A stretch of 52,784 nucleotides of DNA, taken from NCBI RefSeq assembly GCF_001194135.2, contig NC_068990.1:23951738-24004521 (forward strand). The letters are read 5' to 3'. This document shows, one piece after another, positions 47,313 to 52,784 of the stretch; position 1 is the stretch's first letter, and the number at the start of each line of letters is the position of its first letter. Made by a program: the position numbers and the translations under genes. The notes below the pieces were generated by a model. That model saw only the letters and a program-made list of their open reading frames with translations, was not told the origin of the DNA and ran no database searches. The stretch comes from Octopus bimaculoides (lineage: Eukaryota).

Positions 47313-47510
47313 TGTTATCTTTTACTTGATTCATTCATTGAACTGCGGCCATGCTGGGGCAAGTATTTGAAGGGTTTTAGTTGAACAATTCGACTCGAAG
47401 AGCTTATTTAAAAGTCTGGTACTTATTCTATCGGGCACATTTGCCGTTGAGTCACGCGAACGTAAGCACTCCCACACCGTTTCTCAAGCGGCTGTGGTGA
47501 GGAGAAAAAC
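47313..47510 (-). mobile_element. SINE family B 3' half
   Basis: actgcggccatgctggggc...gtctggtacttattctatcgg. Confidence 0.75.
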
Positions 47511-47924
47511 ACATCAATCACAAAGAAAGACTTACATACATACATAAATGATGATGATGAAGATGATGATGGTTATCTACTAATTAGACTCATTAGACGA
47601 GCATGACCATCGCTGACAGGAGAGTCAGCAATGTCCGTGCAAAGGTCGTGAGTCGAGTGCCATTTGCACAGCACCACAATAAGTCGCACTTGCAATATCA
47701 AAAAGGCCAGAAAGAAACAAAATGTGAGATACCTTGCTCAGTAGATCAGCTGGTTTTATATCTAGGATAGTCTTTCCTACAGGAATGCTATTGCGAAGAC
47801 CAAGGATCTGTCCCTTCCACTGTGCTTACTGTTCCCTCGGACATCAACCTAATTATTTCTACGTCCCAGCACTCAAAACCTACATACATACATACTTACA
47901 TATCTATCTATCTATCTATCTATC

Positions 47925-48075
47925 CAACTGTTTTCCACACAGTTTCCCTCTACCACATTCATTCATAAGGTATTGGTCTGTCCGGGGCTATAATAGGAGA
48001 CAGTATCCCAGGGTGTTGCACAGCGGGAGTGAACCCAAAATCACATGGTTGCAAAATAAGCTTCCTAAACACCAT
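47925..48075 (-). mobile_element. SINE family B head and core, diverged
   Basis: cagtttccctctacc...ggggctataataggagac...gggagtgaacccaaaatcacatggttg. Confidence 0.65.
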
Positions 48076-48220
48076 GTATACAGCTCACTTCTCTATTTTA
48101 CTCATCTCTGTTGCTTCCTTACCTTACCTTCTCCCTTTCCTTCCTTTCACTCTTTATTCCCGCCAGCTTCAAAATCCATTCTCTCCGCATGCATTCACTG
48201 TTATATCATCTCTATATAAT

Positions 48221-48405
48221 ACGACGAGCTGGCAAAATGCTTACCGGCACATCCTTTGTATTTACGTTCTTCGTTCAAATTCCGCTGAGGCCGACCTTGT
48301 CTTCCATCCTTTCAGAGTCGATAATATAAATACCAGTTGAACACTTGGGAGCCGATGTACCCCTCCTGCAATCCTGCTGGCCTTATACCAATACTTGAAA
48401 CAACC
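48221..48405 (+). mobile_element. SINE family A (A2), internally deleted
   Basis: acgagctggcaaaatgctta...gttcaaattccgctgaggccgaccttgtcttccatcctttcagagtcgataa. Confidence 0.8.
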
Positions 48406-50795
48406 AATATTATATCTGTACTCTCTGACTAAAAAAATAAAGAAATTTCACTTTTTTCCGTACTTTCTAACGCAACGTTATCAGTTTCATTATATAAATA
48501 CAGAAAACACATCCAACATATTAAATTATTTAAAAACAGAACAGATAAGCGCATGTACTTATGTGTTGTTATAGAGATATGCTTCGTAACTACGCACTCC
48601 TGGACTGCATCGTACTGCTTGTCAGCTTGAGAAATTCTGTTCTACTATTGTTTCAAGTTGACCAATGGTTTATGAATCAAAGTTGTAAATCCGAAAGTTC
48701 GCAATCGTCCAACATATAATAAATATATTTGTGTGGTGGGGATGCACGCGTGTGTGTAAAAATATGGCTGTTTCTACGGGCCTATTTTTATGTTTACTGT
48801 TCTAAAGCAATGTTTTGACTTGCATGACAAATGCATCTTAGAGATCCATTAAAAAATTACTGCGGTCGATATCATCGACTTACAGAAGACTCTTGAAAAT
48901 GGTGTTCCAGCATGGCTGTAATGCAATGCCTGAAACCAACATAGAAATAAAATTACAATGTGCTAATATATAGATGAAAAGCTTTATTCTCAACGCTTAA
49001 AACATAATTATTATATTTATTACTAAAATACAATTATGTCTAGATGTATGCACATTTGTTTTCCATAAAATTTGTAGTTTATTTCTATAATAAAATATTG
49101 TAGTTGACTTGTGGGAATATTTGAACATAAAATATGTTTACTGAGAAAATCATTGATATAAAATTAATATCTATTTAAGAGTAACGTCATTGACGTATTT
49201 CAAATGGTAGCATTCCCGAATAATTGTTTTTGTCGTAGTAACGTCATTTGCTTTCTGAGTTCAAACTACGGTAATGGTTGGTGCATATGTATTTTATACT
49301 TGTTTTCAGATGGCTCATGTTTTGCACTCTCAAATATATTTCGAAGACGAATTCCTGCATGATTTGACTATTATAAGGGCAACAAAGAACTAAAGAAGCG
49401 CTGCACTATCAGTTCTTTATTTTTACTTCCTCAGATAGTGTGTACCAAATATTCCTAGTGAACACTGTGAGTGGGCACTGCTGTGTATCTCTGACTAGTC
49501 AGCTAATGTACCAGCATTTTATCCATTCAGCCATTATATCTGGCAGTGGACTTGATGCATTGTTCAGTTTAACATGCCTATTTGACCCTTAGTTATATTT
49601 ATCCGGGTTTATTCTATTAAGAAGAATTCAGATCAAATTCCCAGTTCACTTCCTACGCATGTCTTTATCCTTCAAACGTTTGGACAGGACATCGGGTACA
49701 CTAGTCTCACTGCTTTGGTGGGGCTTGCAGAAATCGTGATCTTCACTAACCCTTGTCTGACTAAATTATGTAAAATGTAAACCTCGTAATTTCAGTAAGT
49801 AATCTGTTCGATTTGATTCAATCGACTCGATCCGTCTTTATCTCAGCATAAGATGCTTAATATTTAGAGATAGACGAGACAGTAATACAGCAACAATTCC
49901 AAAAATACAGGAATGGGTGCGGTTCTCAGTTCCAGTCATACTGGAAACATTGTCGGGACATCTCCTTTAATATACTAAATGTATATTTTCTTTTATTAAA
50001 CATAAAATAAAGGGGTTTTTTTTTGTTTTCTTTCTGCCATCGATTGAATCAAATTCTTTTCTGAATTATTATATATGAAAGAACGATGAAAGTCGACGTC
50101 GATCTTTGTATTGTAAAACTAACAAACGTTTTATTATATTGCAGTTGCTATCAATATTGATCAGATAGATACGAGTACCATCAGGCTATACTGCAGCAGA
50201 CACACAAACGCACTTGCAAAAAGACAATATATTAAAGTAGTGTCACTACGACCCAATAAGTTATAGGACTCATTGCCTTATAAGAGGCTCCGTCATACTA
50301 TATTTCAGAGAATGAGTTTCTGGTCGATACATTACTGGGCTATCATTCAACACATGCACTATGATGCGTTCATGACACACGCTTAATTATTAGCATCTCA
50401 GTCCAGCTAAATACAACTTGTTATTTAATAGTATGCCAACCTTATTGAGCAGACCTGAGTTAAAATATTTTCTATGATATAATTTTGATATATGAGTATC
50501 TTGAACTATATTTCCTAATATATTATTAATATATGTATGTTAATATCCATTTCTTTCAGCTATCTAAATAAAATATATTAACGATACCACATACTTAACG
50601 TACGTTTGTTGCTTAAAACATAGAGCTGCGGTGTATCATCCAGGAAAAATCTATTTAATGACGTCTAGTGTTAAACACCATATACATCAGAGCCAGGCGA
50701 AACGAAATTGTTGTAGAAGCTGATACGACAACGATAAAATCGTAACTACTGTCGTTTAAACAACGCACCTACACAAAGTATATGGTGTTAGTCGT

Positions 50796-51200
50796 AATCT
50801 TCTACTTCATTCAGCTATTAGGCTGCGGTCATACTGTAGCACTGCTCTGAAGTATTTTAGTCGAGCGAATCGATTCCAATACTTATCTTTTAAAGTCTGG
50901 GGTATCTATTCTGTCAGATTCTTTTGCCCAACCGCTACATTACGAGAACGGGAACACGTCAACACTAGTTGTCAGGCAGTGGGGGAGAGGAAACAAGATG
51001 CAAACACACGACACACACGCATACATTTATCATATACATACATATATATATGCAACGAGCTTCTTTCAGTTTTCGTCAACCAAATCCACCCGGAAGGCTT
51101 TGGTCAGTTCGAGACTATAGTGTAAGACACTAAGCTGCCGCACAGTGAGACCGAACACGGAACCATGTGGTTGGGAAGCGAGCTTCTTAACATACAGCCA
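50796..51200 (-). mobile_element. SINE family B, full length, diverged
   Basis: gctgcggtcatactg..gcac...cttctttcagtttt cgtcaaccaaatccac...ggaaccatgtggttgggaagcgagcttctt. Confidence 0.85.
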
Positions 51201-52525
51201 GGTCTTTTTTATATTATGAAGATGAAACTTCTGTTGCATAATCTAAAAATATACTAATTTTGTCTTTAGATATACTCTTTACGCTGAACCAGTCTACATA
51301 AGAAGCTATACCTTCAGAGATACGTTAAAATGCCTATGGTTTGGAAATAACAATTATTAGCTAAATCAGCAATAGTCTTCTTCTGAAGAATTCTCATTCT
51401 ATGAAATTTTCCTTATTCAAACAACCCACATATCAAGCTATATTGATACTAATTTTAAATATCTATTTTAAAGAATATTACCGTCTGAGTATTTCACGTT
51501 CATTATTTGTTGTTTGACGTCTGGAACAAGAGACTGTGAAGTCATAATTAGTAACAAGGGGAGTTAATTCTTTCAAGTTTAACACCTCGTTTGACACTCT
51601 TTAAAAGGAATAAATAAATTATCAGAATTTCATTGCGTTACTAATTCATATTGTCCAATGTAATGCATTATGACATGCATTGTTAATGTTCTGGACTTAT
51701 TCCAAAAAGTGGCATTTTATAATCATTACAAATCTTTTCCCTTCTGCCTGTTATTTTTGTTCTTTAGCCCTAGGTTGGTCGCCTTATCGATCGGACATAT
51801 GTTCAAAGGCATTCCAGTTGTTATTATTCCAATTTAAGGGCATGAGAAAGAGTAAATGGGTTTTCCATATTTAAGGCGGTTCGGTGTGATTAGAGTGAGA
51901 TTTGACTGTTATTTCCTGTAGATTGTTTGACCACAAGCAAGCCATCTGACTCTGTTGTAACTCGTGGCGATTCTCTGTCTTCTTGTATATTAACCAAATG
52001 CTAGATTAGATACTTTTGTTTTATTGTTACTAGACAATAATTATTGTTTTCTAGACACTTCCTTTTACTACTGTCGACATTCTAAACCTCATAACAGACA
52101 TTGATTACTTTATTTATGACCATAATTCAGTAGAGTGGTTTTCTGGACTGTGTATTTTTTATTGGTCAGAAATATTTAGAATACAATCTTTGTTCACTTT
52201 AACCCTGTGTCTCTAGATTATAAAAAATGTTCCTTCTGTGCGTGTTGTATAATAAGTCGACTAATTTCTTAAGATTGTGTATATAGTGTACAAGTAATAT
52301 TATAGTACATTGGGACAAAACTACGACATATTCAGAGGAATAGCGTCATAGGAATGTGTTTCTAGCCTTGAGCGCACCGAAACCACATTGGTTCTGGGCC
52401 ACATGACTGATGAGAGGCTTTCCATTTTCACTCGTCCTTTTCCTTTAGTCGTCTTCCATATCATCTCATTCTGATTTTTTGTATGCATCAATACATGCAT
52501 ACATATACATATATAACATATGTGT

Positions 52526-52758
52526 GTTATTTCTTTACTACCCACAAGGGGCTACACACAGAAGGGACAAACAAGGAGAGACAAACGGATTAAGTCGATT
52601 ACATCGACTCCAGTGCGTAACTGGTACTTATTTAATCGACCCCGAAAGGATGAAAGGCAAAGTCGACCTCGGCGGAATTTGAACTCAGAACATAGCGGCA
52701 GACGAAATACCGCTAAGCATTTCGCCCGGCGTGCTAACGTTTCTGCCGCTCGCCGCCT
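52526..52758 (-). mobile_element. SINE family A (A1), full length, little diverged
   Basis: ttatttctttactacccacaagggg...gaatttgaactcagaac...gctaacgtttctgccgctcgccgcc. Confidence 0.95.
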
Positions 52759-52784
52759 TTTATATAACATATGTGTGTTATTTC

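Overview
AT-rich, microsatellite-dense animal genomic DNA with 15 assembly gaps (about 7.2 kb of N). The SINE families and repeat landscape suggest a cephalopod/Octopus draft scaffold; this is inference, not searched. No host protein-coding gene can be supported, and almost all listed ORFs are microsatellite or N-run artefacts. The window is a transposon graveyard. It holds about 35 copies or fragments of several modular tRNA-derived SINE families (labelled A, B, C, G, H, F here), two R4/Dong-type restriction-like-endonuclease LINE fragments, a maT-like and a mariner-derived DNA transposon remnant, a pogo/Tigger-like MITE, Helitron-like termini and a possible Gypsy gag-protease remnant. The standout is a nested composite at about 27855-29450. 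A 5'-truncated Penelope-like element (GIY-YIG) carries a terminal repeat made of a tRNA-like Pol III promoter, a (TAA)n tract and a minimal hammerhead ribozyme. A second, inverted copy of that repeat has an R4/Dong LINE inserted into its (TAA)n tract.
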